Position numbers and translations under genes: made by a program. A DNA stretch of 64,000 nucleotides from Mobula hypostoma. Lineage: Eukaryota. Shown in pieces: positions 38,125-50,080 of the stretch (the stretch's first letter is position 1; each line of letters opens with the position of its first letter). The notes under the pieces are model-generated. The model searched no databases and was not told where the DNA came from. It saw only the letters and a list, made by a program, of their open reading frames with translations. Location: the NCBI RefSeq assembly GCF_963921235.1, contig NC_086097.1:126668001-126732000 (forward strand), in the 5' to 3' direction.

Positions 38125-41100
38125 AACATAAGGTTGTGATAGGAGGTGATTTTAACTTTCCACATATTGACTGAGACTCCCGTACTGGATGGGATATAGT
38201 TTGTCAAATGTGTTCAGCAAAGTTTCCTTAATCAATACAGAGGTGAAAACCAAACAGGGTGTGATACCAGATCTCTTATCAGGGAATGAGACGGGGCAGC
38301 TAGTAGAAGTTTGTGTAGCGAAACACTTTGCATCTAGTGATCATAATTTTATTAGTTTCAAGATAATTGTGGAGAAGGATAGGTCTGGTCCTTGGATTGA
38401 GATTCTGAATTCGAGAAAAAACAATTTTGATGGTATCAGAATGGATCTGGCAAGTGTGGATTAGGACAGCTTGTTTTCTAGCAAAGGTATGCTTGGTAAA
38501 TGGGAAGCCTTCAAAAGCGAAACTTTGAGATGAAGTTTGTACATTCCTGTCAGAGTAAAAAGTAAGACTAACAGATTTGGAGAATCTGAATGGGAGATGG
38601 AAAAGGCATGTAAAAAGGATCAAGTTATGATGGTTATTGAGGATTTCAAAATGCAGCTAGATTGGGGAAAATTGGATTCATGTGGGATCCCAAGAAATGC
38701 AATTTGTAAAATGCCTACCAGATGGTTTTTTTTTTTGAGCAACTTGAGGTTGAGCCAATTAGGGAAAAGGCAATTTTGGATTAGGTGTCGTGCAATAAAC
38801 CAGATTTGATTAGGAGTATAAGGTAAAGGAACACTTGGGAGGCAGTGATCAGAATTCAGCCTGCAGTTTGAGAGGGAGAAGATGAAGTCAGATGTAACAG
38901 TATTACATAGAAGTAAAAGGAGTGATAATGCATGAGAGAGGAGCTGGCCAAAATTCATTGGAAGGGTACACTAGTAGGGACAATGGCCAACACAATGGCT
39001 GGAGTTTCTGGGAGCAATTCAGAAGGTGCAGAATAGATACATCCCTAAGATGAAGAAGCATTCGAAGGGAGAATGATGTGACAAGGGAAGTCGAAGGCAA
39101 CATAAAACCAAAACAGTGGACATACAAAATAACAAAAATTAGTGGGATGTTAGAGGATTATGAAGCTTTTAAATCCCAAACAGAAGGCAATTTAAAAAGG
39201 CCATTGGGAGAGATAAGACGAAATATGAAGGTAAGCTTGCCAATAGTACAAACGAGGAAGCCAAAAGTTGTTATTTTGGGATAAATAGAGATAAGGGATG
39301 AGAGAGGATATCAGGCTGTTGGAAAATGACACTGGAGAGATAATAATGGGGGACAAGTAAATGGTGGACAAATGTAATAAGTGTTTTGTGTCAGTCTTCA
39401 CTGTCACACTAGTAGTATGCCAGAGATTTGAGTGTCGGGGGCAGAACTGTGTGTAGTTGCTATTACTAAGGAGATGGTGCTTGGGAAACTGAAAGGTCTG
39501 AAGGTAGATAAGTCACCTGGAACAGATGGACTACACTCCAGGGTTCTGAAAGAGGTAGCTGAAGAGATGGTGGAGGCATTTGTAATGATCTTTCAAAAAA
39601 TCGCTAGATTCTGAAAGGATTTCGGAGGACTGGAAAATTGCAAATGTTACTCTTCCCTTTAAGAAGGGAGGGACCAGATGAAAGGAAATTATAGGCTAGT
39701 TGGTTTGACCTCGGTGGTTGGGAAGATGTTGGAGTTAACTGTTAAGGATTTGGTTTGAGGGTACTTGAAGGCACATGATAAAGTGGACGAAAGTCAGCAT
39801 GAATTACTTGAGAAATCTTCCCTGACTAATCTTTTCAAGTCAAGTCACTTTTTATTGTCATTTCAACCATAACTGCTGGTACAGAACTTAGTAAAAATGA
39901 GACGTTTTCCAGGACCATGGTGCTACATGAAACAATACAAAAACTACACTGAACTACGTAGGAATAAACACAAAAACTACACTAGACTGCGGACCTATCC
40001 AGGCTTGAGGAAATAGCAAGCAGGATAGACAAAGGAGTGTCGGTGGATGTTGTGTACTTGGATTTTCAGAAACTATTTGCCAAGGTGCCACACCCAAGAC
40101 TGCTTAATAAAGTAAGAGTCTATGGTATTGAAGGAAAAATACTAGCATGGCTAGAAGATTGGCTGACTGGCAAGAGGCAAAGAGTGGGAATAAAGGAAGT
40201 CTTTTCTGGTTGGCTGCCAGTGACCAGTGGTATTCCACAGGGGTCAGTGTTGGGACCAATTCCTTTTGTATTACATGGCAATGATTTGGATGATGGAATT
40301 GATGGCTTGGTGGCCAAGTTTGTGGATGATACAAAGATTGGTGGAGGAGCAGGTACTGTTGAGGAAGCAGTGAGTCTGACAAAGAAGTTGAACAGATTGG
40401 GAGAATGGACCAAGAAGTGGCAGATGGAATGTAGTGTAGGGAAGTATATGGTCGTGCACTTTTGGTAGAAGAAATCATGGCATGGACTATATTCTAAGTG
40501 GGGCAAAAATTCAAAAATCAGAGGTGCAAAGGGACTGGGATCCTCGTGCAGAATTTCCTAAAGGTTAACCTGCAGGTTGAGTTAGTGGTAAGGAAAGCGA
40601 ATGTTATAAATGTCATTCAATGTTATCATTCATTTAAAGAGAATTGGAATATAAAAACACGTATATAATGCTAAGGCTTTATAAATCATTGGTCAGACCA
40701 CACTTGGAGTATTGTGAGCAACCTTTGGCCCCCTTATCTAAGAATGGGTGAGCAGGCTTTGGAGAGAGTCCAGAACTGGTTCCCAAGAATGATTCCAGAG
40801 AGATGAAGTGGTTAATGCATCAGGAATGTTTGATGGCTCTGGCCTTGTACTTGCTGGAGATTAGTAAAATGAGGGGAATGTCATTGAAACCTATTGACCA
40901 TTGAAAGGCCTAGATAAAGTGGATGTGGAGAGATTGTTTCTTTTAGTGGGGGAACTCTAGGACCAGAGGACACAGCCTCATAATTGAGTGATGAGATGAG
41001 GATTTTCTTTTTCCCCCAGACAGGGTAGTGAATCAATTGGTGCAGATGGCTGTGAAGGGCAAGTCATTGGGTATATTTAAAACAGATGTTGACAGGTTCA

Positions 41101-42378
41101 TGATTTGTCAGGGAGTTAAAGGTTATGGGGAGAAGGCAAGAGAATGGGGCTGAGAGGGATAATAAATCAGCCATGATGAATGGCACAGTAGAATCAATGG
41201 GCTGAATAAAATAATTCTGCTCCTATGTCTTATGGTCTAATGGAAGCTTGGTTTTCGAGGCCTTGGTTAAGAAAAGGGATGAGGTTCATAGCAACTCTAG
41301 GCAGAAAGGGGCAAAGGAGGTGCGTATAAGAATGCAAAAGAAGGTTTAAGGAAATCGGAGGGCTGAAAGAAAGCATGAGGTTGCTCTGATAGACAAGGTG
41401 AAGGAGAATCTCAAGGGCTTCTACAGATATATTAAGAGCAAGAGGTAGTAAGGAACAAAATTGGTCTTCTGGAAGATCAGCTTGGTCATCTATGCATGGA
41501 GCTGAAAGCGATGGGGGAGATCTTAAATGGATATTTTGCATCTGTATTCTCTTGGGAGAGGGACAGACTATAGAAGTAAGCAATGCAGCAGTAAGGTCAT
41601 GGACCATATACAGGTTAGAGGTAGAGGTGGAAAGGTACCAGGAACAGTGGAGGCAGTGAATATTGTCTCCATGGACTTTAGAAAGGCTGTTGACCAGGTC
41701 CCAGATGGGAGGTTGGTTAAGAAAGTTCAGTCACATGGCATTGAAGATTAAATTGGCTTTGTGGGAAAAGCTAGAGAGTGGAGGTAGATGGTTACCTCTC
41801 TGATTGCAGGTCTGTTAGTTGTGTGCCACGGGGATCAGTGCTGGGTATCTTCTTGCTTGTCATCTTTATCAGCGATCAGGATGATGATGTGGTTGACTGG
41901 ACCAGCAGATTTGGAGATGACGCCAACATTGGGGGTGTAGTGGACAGCGAAAAAGACTGTCGAAGCTTTGTGTGATCTGGACTTGCCAGAAAAATGGGCT
42001 GAGAAATAGCAGATGGAGTTTAATGCAGACAAGTGTGAAGTGTTGTAGTTTAGGAGAACAAACCTGGGTAGGAGTTGCACAGTGAGCAGTAGGTCGCTTG
42101 AGGAGTTGCAGTAGATCAGAGGCATCTGAGAACATAGATCCATAATTCCTTAAGTGGTGTCACAGGTAGATGGGGTTATAAAGCTTGCCACATTGTCCTT
42201 CATCAAAGTACTGACTGCAGGGGTTGGGATATAAAGCTGAAGTTTTATAAGATGTTAGGCCTAATTTGGAGAATTGTGTGCAGTTTTGGTCACCTACCTA
42301 CAGGAAAGATGTCAATAAGATTGAAAGAGTGCAGAGAATACTTACAGGGATGTTGCCAGGACTTGAGGATCTGAGTTA
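38125..42378 (+). mobile_element. Older CR1 (38125-38580 and 41242-42378) interrupted by a second CR1
   Basis: Endonuclease remnants (GDFNFP, HFASSDHNFISF) on the left; RT remnants (MDFRKAVDQVP, VPRGSVLG, RFGDDA, CVQFWSPTYRKD) on the right; the two junctions join colinearly. Confidence 0.75.
38585..41240 (+). mobile_element. Long degenerate CR1 LINE (endonuclease to 3' tail)
   Basis: KSPGTDGLHSRVLKE; VDVVYLDFQKLFAKVPH...GIPQGSVLGP...KFVDDTKIGG; tail tcttatggtct; Rex1-type tail inserted at about 39835-40000. Confidence 0.9.
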
Positions 42379-43325
42379 CAGTCAGTCAAGTTGGCAGCAG
42401 CATCATGAACTCCGTCACGGTGAGCACTGGTGCTCCCCAGGGCTGTGAGCTCAGCCCGCTGAAGTTCACACTGCTGATTCACCACTGCACTGCCAGGTGC
42501 AGCTCAAACCGCAGCATCAACTTCACTGACGATACCGACAGCAACAGTGATGAGTTGGCATACAGAGAGGAGGTTGAGGGGCTTTTCAGATGGTGTGAGA
42601 GCATCCGGAGTCTCAACGTGGACAAGACAAGAGGTGATTGTGGACTTCAGGACGGTGCAGTCAACCACTCTCCATTGCACATCAGCAGCTCTGCCTTTGA
42701 GTGAAGAGTTCCTTGGTGTGCAGCTAATGAGGGATCTAACCTGGGCCCACAACATCACCTCATTAGTCAAGAAGGCACAGCAGTGTCTTCACGTTCTGAG
42801 GAGATTGAGGTATGCAAGACTCCCCCACCTCCATTCTAACAAGTTTCTACAGGAGCACCCTCAGGGGTGTGCTGTCTGTCTGCATCATTGTGTGTTATGG
42901 AAGCTGCAAGGTATCAGACCACAAGGCCCCACAAGTGATGGTAGTAATTGCCGAGAGGATCACCAGTGTCTGTCACTGCCCCCCCCCCCCCATTTGTTCC
43001 ATTTACTGGGAGCATTGTCGACTAAGGTCCTGAAGCATTGTTGAGAATCCCTCCCACCCATCCCACAATCTCTTTTGACCCACCACCATCTGAGCATGAG
43101 GGCTAGGATTGCCAAATTGGGTAACAGTTTCTTCCCTCAGGGTGTGAGACTAATGGATACCCTGCCACCACCGAGGTCTTGTCACTGTTTACCTATGCTG
43201 CGTGGATTGTGAATTGTATTTTTAACTTGTGATAATATTTTGGTTTGTGTGTTATGTTTTGTGGGTGCACCATGGTCCCGAGGAATATTGTTTCATTTGG
43301 TTGTATATGTGACAGTAAATTTGAA
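42379..43325 (+). mobile_element. Rex1/Babar-type LINE, RT to 3' end
   Basis: STGAPQGCELSPLKFTL...FTDDT; FLGVQLMRDLTWAHNITSLVKKAQQCLHVLRRLR; ILTSFYRS. Confidence 0.88.
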
Positions 43326-44240
43326 CTGATGCGGAAGGGGCCATACCGGGAGTACCAGATGCCAAAAAAAAAATGACAGCATTAGATTTGAATCTGAAGT
43401 GCTGCTTCACCTGGGAGGACTGTTTGGGCCCTGAATTGTTGTGAGGGAGGAGGTGTAGGGATAGGAGGAACACTTAGACCTGTTTGAGTTAAATGCCTGG
43501 AGGGTGTGCAGGAATATGTGCACACCCAACCTGGTGCAGATTGATCACTTCAAACACCCTGCAACTGCTGGCATCTGCCAATGCTAATTATTTTAATTCC
43601 ACCTCTACTCCCACAACTGGCATGTCTGTTCACAGCCTTCTCTACTGCCACGTTGAAGCCAGTCTCCAAATGGGGGAGCAACTTCTCATTCTGTCTTGAT
43701 TAGTCTGCAACCTGACAGCATGAAGAGTAAACTTCACTTACTTCTGGTAATCAGCATCCCAAGCCCTTTATTTTCCCTTATCCCTGTGGCTACATTACCC
43801 CTTCTCTCCCCTACCCCACCCTTACGACTTGCCCATCACTTTCACCTTCTTCACCCTACCCCTGACCCCCTTCAGTTTCCCCTCTCTCTCTCCTTTCATT
43901 CCACAGTTAACTCTTCTCTCCTATCAGATCCCTTTAGACCTCTGACTTCTCACCTGTCACCTCCGAGCTTTTTTTTAACATTGATTCCCTTCCCCTCTCT
44001 CTGACCCTTTTTCTCCTAGAATCACCAATCACCTGCCACTTCTTACTAGCTGTTATTCGTCCTTGGTCCCTGTACCTTTTTATTTGTGCTTCTGCCTCCT
44101 TCCTCTCCAGTCTTGCTCAAAGATCTGAGTCCAAAATGTCACCAGTTCATTTTCCTGTATTGATGCTGCCTGACCCACTGAGTTCCTCCACCATTTTGTG
44201 TGTTGATCCAGATTTCTAGCATCTGTAGTCTCTCTTGTGC
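43325..44240. mobile_element. Penelope-like element GIY-YIG remnants in opposite orientations
   Basis: Minus strand 43325-43470 reads PYTSSLTTIQGPKQSSQVKQHF; plus strand 43515-44240 reads ANYFNS...MSVHSLLYC...EQLLI..LQPD, then the pyrimidine tract and tail. Confidence 0.75.
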
Positions 44241-44768
44241 AACTACTGATATTCTGCTGGTCTTCCTTGCTGGCACACCCATGCTATTGTTAGTTTTACA
44301 AGCATCTCATTGATCACAAGCATTTTGGGAAATCAAAGATCTTTTTATTGCCTTACCTTTATTTAAATCCTTTTCTTTTACTCCGCTCCTTCTTTGTGCT
44401 ACTCCTATTTCTTTATGTATCCCCAGTGATGGAAGATTTTGAGATGGCTGATGCTTTCTGCCAGCAATCTTGGAGACTGAGGTGGTCGACCTCTATGGGT
44501 CACTTCCTGCTTTTCAGTGAAAAGAGTATCGGGCACTTTACTGTGCTGTTATGTTAAATGAATCCAGATGCCAGGGACCATTCCCTTAAAGGAGTCAGTA
44601 GCTGCGAGGAACAATTCAAATACATCTTAATTTAGACATTGGACCCTGATGCTGAATAATTTTGCTAGGCTCTGAATTCATTAAAAATTGAAATCTGAAT
44701 TCTACTTTTATTAATAACGTGACAAAAGCTTCAAGGTTATCACCAAAACTTCTATATTTATTCACCAG

Positions 44769-44867
44769 TCTGCAGATCTGCAGTCTCGTTACATAGAACT
44801 GCTTACAAGATCCAGTGACTACTACAAGTACCTAAGTGAGATGTTGAAGAGCATGGAAGAAGCAAAG
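44769..44867 (+). CDS. DSP: DSP exon 22 equivalent (99 nt)
   Basis: ttcaccag|TCT GCA GAT...GCA AAG|gtgaat; SADLQSRYIELLTRSSDYYKYLSEMLKSMEEAK. Confidence 0.96.
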
Positions 44868-45166
44868 GTGAATATATTCTTCACTAAAACTTTAATGTGT
44901 GTATATATATTCTTACATCTTCCAGCAAATGTTATGGTTTTTGTTGGTTGGTTTTATTTAGAAAGTAAAGTTATACATTTACTTCTGTAATATAGCATGC
45001 TTCATTCTTAAAACTGTGTACATTTGTAATATGGACAGTCTGTATTTGTTTTAAATTATAACGATGTAATCAGCTTTTAGATTAATGACTTAATGTTTAT
45101 ATTAAAGAAATGTAGGTTACAAACCAAAATATCACAGGCCACTTCAATCTAATTTTAATTATACAG

Positions 45167-46984
45167 ATAAAAAACACAAAAATTGAGCTTTTGGAAGAGG
45201 CACTTAAAAATGCCCAAGATGAGAATGCTGATAGTATGCACCAGAAGAAGTATCTTGATCAACATTTAAGCCAGGTTCAGAGTGAGTACACAGACTTCCG
45301 GAAAAAGATACTCCTCCTGGAGGAGCAGAAGAGGAATGCTGAAATAGACCGAGATGCCACGAAACACAGTCTGGATGCACAACTTATCAAAATAAAGGAA
45401 GTCAATGAGAAGATCACAAGACTGACGTTTGAAATTGATGAGGAAAAAAGAAAGAGAAAATTAGCTGAAACCCAGTGTGACCAACGAAAGGATGAATATG
45501 ATAGTATTTTTCGAATGAAGCAGAAGGAGCTTGATGAGGCTCACTGGCTCAAATTGGAGCTTGAGAAATCGATCAAAGACAAGGAAAGAGAGATGGAAAA
45601 GCTTAGGGGTGTATTGAAGGAGGAGTCTTTAAGAAGGCAACAACTTGAAAGTGAACTAGATAGGCTTAGGGACCATTTTGAGCAGGAAAAAAGGGTATTG
45701 AATTCACAGATTGAAAAAGAGGTTCACATAAGGGAAACCACAGTTGAAAAGTTAACTATGAAGAAGGAAGATGATGTTGCCACTTTGAATATTCAGTTGC
45801 AAAAGGCTCTGAATGAGAAAAAGAACCTCAGTGATGAAATAGATCGATTAAAAAGTTCTGCGAGGGAAATTGAGCTGAGTAGGAAAAGAGCAGAAAATGA
45901 TGTTTTGCAACAGAAATCAGCTAGTGCTGAAGAGTCCAGAAAGAGGATGGAGCTTGAACTAGAAATAGAAACACTCACCAAGTTTAAAACTGAGGAAACT
46001 TTGAGGTTTAAATCATTTCAGGAGGATACCTCCAAAGCTATCCATGACAAAGCCAAGGAGATCGAAAGGGTGAAGATCTTACTGGAGGAAGAAATAAATA
46101 AGCGGAAGCATTTGGAAAATGAGAATGATGAATTGAAAAAAATAAAAACAGATTTTCAGAAAAAGGAAGCTGAAAATCTTGCTAAAATTAAAATCACAGA
46201 GCAAGAGTTTACAATTATAAAGGTGGAACGTGACAGAATATCTAGAGAAAAGGCTGGTTTGGAAAATGAAATTGCACGCCTGCAGAACAGTTTAAGGGAG
46301 GTGAACAGTGGGAAGTATAAGATAGATGAGGAGCTGAAACAGCTAAGGAAGAATCTAAGTGAAGAGACTGCGAAGAGAAGTACTGCTGAAGAGAAGTTTA
46401 GAAACCTTGAGCAAAAGTGCAGGGAGCATACAAGTTCAATTACGCGGCTTACCCATCAGATTGAAGAAATCTCAATCATGAAGAAGAAGGTGGAAAATGA
46501 TCTCTTTGAGCAACGGAACACTTTGGAACAGCAACGCAAGGAGAAGGCCATCAGCACAGAGGAGTTGAGTAGGTTGTACACTGACATAGAAACACTGCGT
46601 CGCCAGTTGAATCAAGAGAAAGAGAACGTGAGACAGGCTCATCAGAGAAATGAGTACTTGCAGAAAACAATTGAAGAGAAAAGCAAGATTTTGAACGAAA
46701 GCATAAGTGAAATAGATAGGCTGCGTTCTGTTGTGGAAAACCTCACCAAAGAGCGACTGAAGTTGGAGGAAGAATTGAGAAACTTGAGGTCAGAATTTGA
46801 TGATCTCCACAGAAGCCAAAGTGAAACGGAGGGTGAGAAGTCGCAAACCATCTCGGAGTTGAGGATGCAACTTGAACTTTCTAACAAAAGAACAACTGAC
46901 CTACAGGAGCTAATTATTGAGTTAAAGAATGAGAGGGAAAAATTGAAACTGGAAGTTGAATCATTCCAAAAGCAAGCTCTGGAG
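45167..46984 (+). CDS. DSP: DSP exon 23 equivalent, coiled-coil rod (1818 nt, 606 codons)
   Basis: atacag|ATA AAA AAC ACA AAA ATT GAG...GCT CTG GAG|gtacat; starts IKNTKIELLEE and ends FQKQALE, matching the recalled human exon 23 boundaries. Confidence 0.97.
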
Positions 46985-47249
46985 GTACATGCAAGTTTTA
47001 CTGTTTTATCATGTATTATTATTAATCTTTATTATACAGAAATATAAACAATGAATGTTAACATTGTCTAGTATTTTGCCACTGAAGGTATCCATAGCTT
47101 TCAGGAAATATGAGAGTGAATTTGGATAGAATTTCTGTAGAATTTTCAGTCAGCCAATTGGGCTATCATTTTCAATCTTCTGTAGAACTTCATTCAAATT
47201 GGATCAGTTAATGAGCTTACCTTTGCAAACATTTTGCAATTACATCAAA

Positions 47250-48010
47250 ATTTGGGTGACCACTTTATCGAGCACATTGGCTCCATCCACAAAAAAAAAA
47301 ACAGGATTTCCCTGTGGCCAACCACTTCAGTTCCCATTCCCATTCTGACATGTCAGTCCATGGCCTCCTCTTCTGCGTGTTGAGAGCACTCTTAGGTTGG
47401 AAGAGCAGCATCTTGTATTCACCTAGGGAGCCTCCAACCTGATGACATGAATATCGATTTCTCCAACTTAAGGTAATATTTTTTCCTCCTTTCCTCTTTC
47501 CCTCCTCGTTTCCTCTCTCTGCCCCCCGCCCGTCTCTTTTCCTTAGCTACCTATCACCTTCCCCAGTGCCCTTGCATCTTCCCTTTCTCCCTTGGTCCAC
47601 TCTCTTCCCCTATCTTCTCCTACCTTCTCCAGCCTTTTACCTTTGCCACCTATCACCTCCCAGCTTCTTGTATCCCTCCTCCCCCACCAACTTGGCTTCC
47701 TGTCACCTTCCAGCTTGTACTCCTCCTCCTTCCCGCCCTCCTCCATCTACCTATTCTGGCATCTTCCCGCTTCCTTTCCAGCCCTGATCAAGGATCACGG
47801 CCTGAAATGCCAATCATTCATTTCCATAGATGCTCTCTGACCTGCTGAGTTCCTTCAGCATGCTATGTATGTTGCACTGGATTTCCAGCATCTCCAGAAT
47901 CTAATCACAAACAAGTGAAAATCTTCAGATGCTGGAAATCCAAGTAACGCACACAATGCTGGAGTAATTCAGCAGGCCAGGCAGCATCTATGGAAAAGAG
48001 TACAGTCAAT
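47250..48010 (+). mobile_element. Penelope-like element: GIY-YIG C-terminus, 3' region with hammerhead-type motif, and an inverted second tail
   Basis: LGDHFIEHIGSIH...FPVANHF...HSDMSVHGLLFC...RLEEQHLVF..LQPDDMNIDFSN; CTGATCA...GAAAT at 47784-47808; tail-to-tail inverted copy at about 47905-48010. Confidence 0.82.
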
Positions 48011-49324
48011 GTGTGTGTGCTTAGAATTTTCCTGAATTCTAATTGTAACTTGACCTTTATACTTACAAAACCCTAGACCTCTCTTTCATGAAACTATTTG
48101 GGTTAATGGCTAGTAAGCCAAATAGTAGCAAAAACTTTCCCTGTTCCATTTATTACCAAACAGAACATGGATGACTAATTTGCGTAAAGGTAAGAATTCT
48201 ATTGTATCACAACAATTTTGGTTCTAGTTTGCTGTAACACCTATGTTAGCCAAGAAAACAACTTTTAACTATTGAGATGTTGTTGGTAGGTAGTGCAGAG
48301 GCCTCTCATCTCCAGGACCCTGGGTTCAATACTGCCTCCAGTGCTATCTGAGTGGATTTTGCATTCCTCATGATCATGTGGGTTTTTCCCTAGGTGTCAC
48401 AGATTTCTTTCCATATGCCAGATGTGCCAAGTGTTGGGTTGATTGGTTACTGTAAATTACATCCAGACTGGGTAACGAGTGGATGAATCAGGTGGAGGTT
48501 GATGGGTATATGTGAGAGATTAGGTTATCAGGGAAGAGGTGGGGATTGCTGTGGCATAGAGATTTTTGGGATCGGACGCCCGTGACCAGAGAAGTTCTAC
48601 AGGAATCGATGCTGGGATAGTCCGTCCCCAGGTAATGAACTGGTTCCACTTTTACAGATGTTCACAAGTCAATTTTGTTAGCAAGTCAGAAAATACATTT
48701 CTTTTAAAAATCACTTGATATGGTAGCCATGATTCTACAGTATCACCATAAGTGGTATCAACAACACACACAAGGTTGATCAGATTAACTGCAAGTGGAG
48801 AGAGAAAAGTGGTTTTTGCTATATGCACATTCAAAGTTCATTTATTTTCCAAGTATGTATACTATATACAACCTTGTGAAGCGTCTCCTTTTGGGCAGCC
48901 GCAAAACAAAAGGAATCCAATAGAACCAATTAAAAAAATAAATAAATAAATAAAAATTAAAAAATAAAGACCGCCCAACACCCAGTGTGCAGGGGGAAGA
49001 AATCGTGCAAACAATAAAAGTAAGCAAGTAACATTCATAACTGAAGTTCACAAAAGTGAGTCCACAGCCACAAAGCTAGTCATTGCTGCAGCCGATCCAG
49101 GAGCCTGCTGCAGGCTACAGCACAGTGAGGGGGCATACAGGGACATGTATCAGACTTTGGAGTTTAACAATGTATTAGACTTTGGAATTTAACAGTTGTA
49201 CGTGAGCTTGTTCGTAGATAGAGATGTCCATAAGTTGGGCATCTGTAACTGAAGGACAGCATGTATACCCAAGTCATCCACATACATGTGGGAAGCATGA
49301 TTTTAAGTTCACAGATAACATGAA

Positions 49325-50080
49325 GGTCAATGTGAGGTGATGCATTTTGGAAGCACCGATGAGACTAGAATAAAAACTACGAATAGTAGGGACCTAGGGA
49401 GGTTTAAAAACAGAGGTACCTTGGCATGCGAGTCCAAAGATCCTTGCATGTAGCAATGCGGATGGATAGTTTGATTAAGAAGGCGTATGTAACTCTGGCG
49501 TTCATAGTTGAGGCATTGAATATAAGAGCTGTGTTCCAACTTGATGAAACATTAATGAGTTCTCAGTAGAAGTACTGCATGCAATTCTGTCCGTTATGGA
49601 TATAATGGCATTGCAGAGGAGATTCACCAGGCTGTTGCATGAGGTGGAGCATTTCAGCTTTCAAAAGAATTAGAGAGGCCAGGTCTGTTTTACCTGGAGT
49701 GGGGGTGAGGTTAAGAGGAAACATGATACAGTGATATGAACGTGTGGGGGTGTAGGTAGGGTGGACGGCAGTAAGCCTTTCACCATTTAAGGTGAATAAA
49801 AGCAGGGGTCATAAATTTGGGGCAAGGGTAAGAGATATGGAAGGGATTTGATGGTTTTTTTTCACCGAGTGCAGTGAGTACCTGGAACACGCTGTCTAAG
49901 AGAGTGGTGAAAGCAAAGTCCCTGACAGCGTTTATGAAGTGTATAGATGAGAACTTGAATTAACTAGGCATAGAAGACTGTTGGCCAGGTGCTGGAAGAT
50001 GGGATTAATAAGAATGTTGCCCACTGATCAGCCTGAATGTGGTGGGCTAAATGGTTTGTTTCCATGCTAAAGGACTCTTA
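49325..50080 (+). mobile_element. CR1 LINE 3' fragment, degenerate
   Basis: tgtgaggtgatgcattttgg, tactgcatgcaattctg, gaggagattcaccagg and a CR1-like 3' UTR. Confidence 0.75.

Noticed and set aside
44770..44783. 14-bp palindrome ctgcagatctgcag and an in-frame alternative AG at the start of exon 22
   Set aside because: The upstream AG gives the conserved 99-nt exon, and there is no evidence for a function of the palindrome.
8451..47815. Annotating the hammerhead motifs as functional ncRNA genes
   Set aside because: Every copy inspected (8451, 38067-38101, about 44108, 47779) has mutated or deleted catalytic core nucleotides, so they are reported as relics only.
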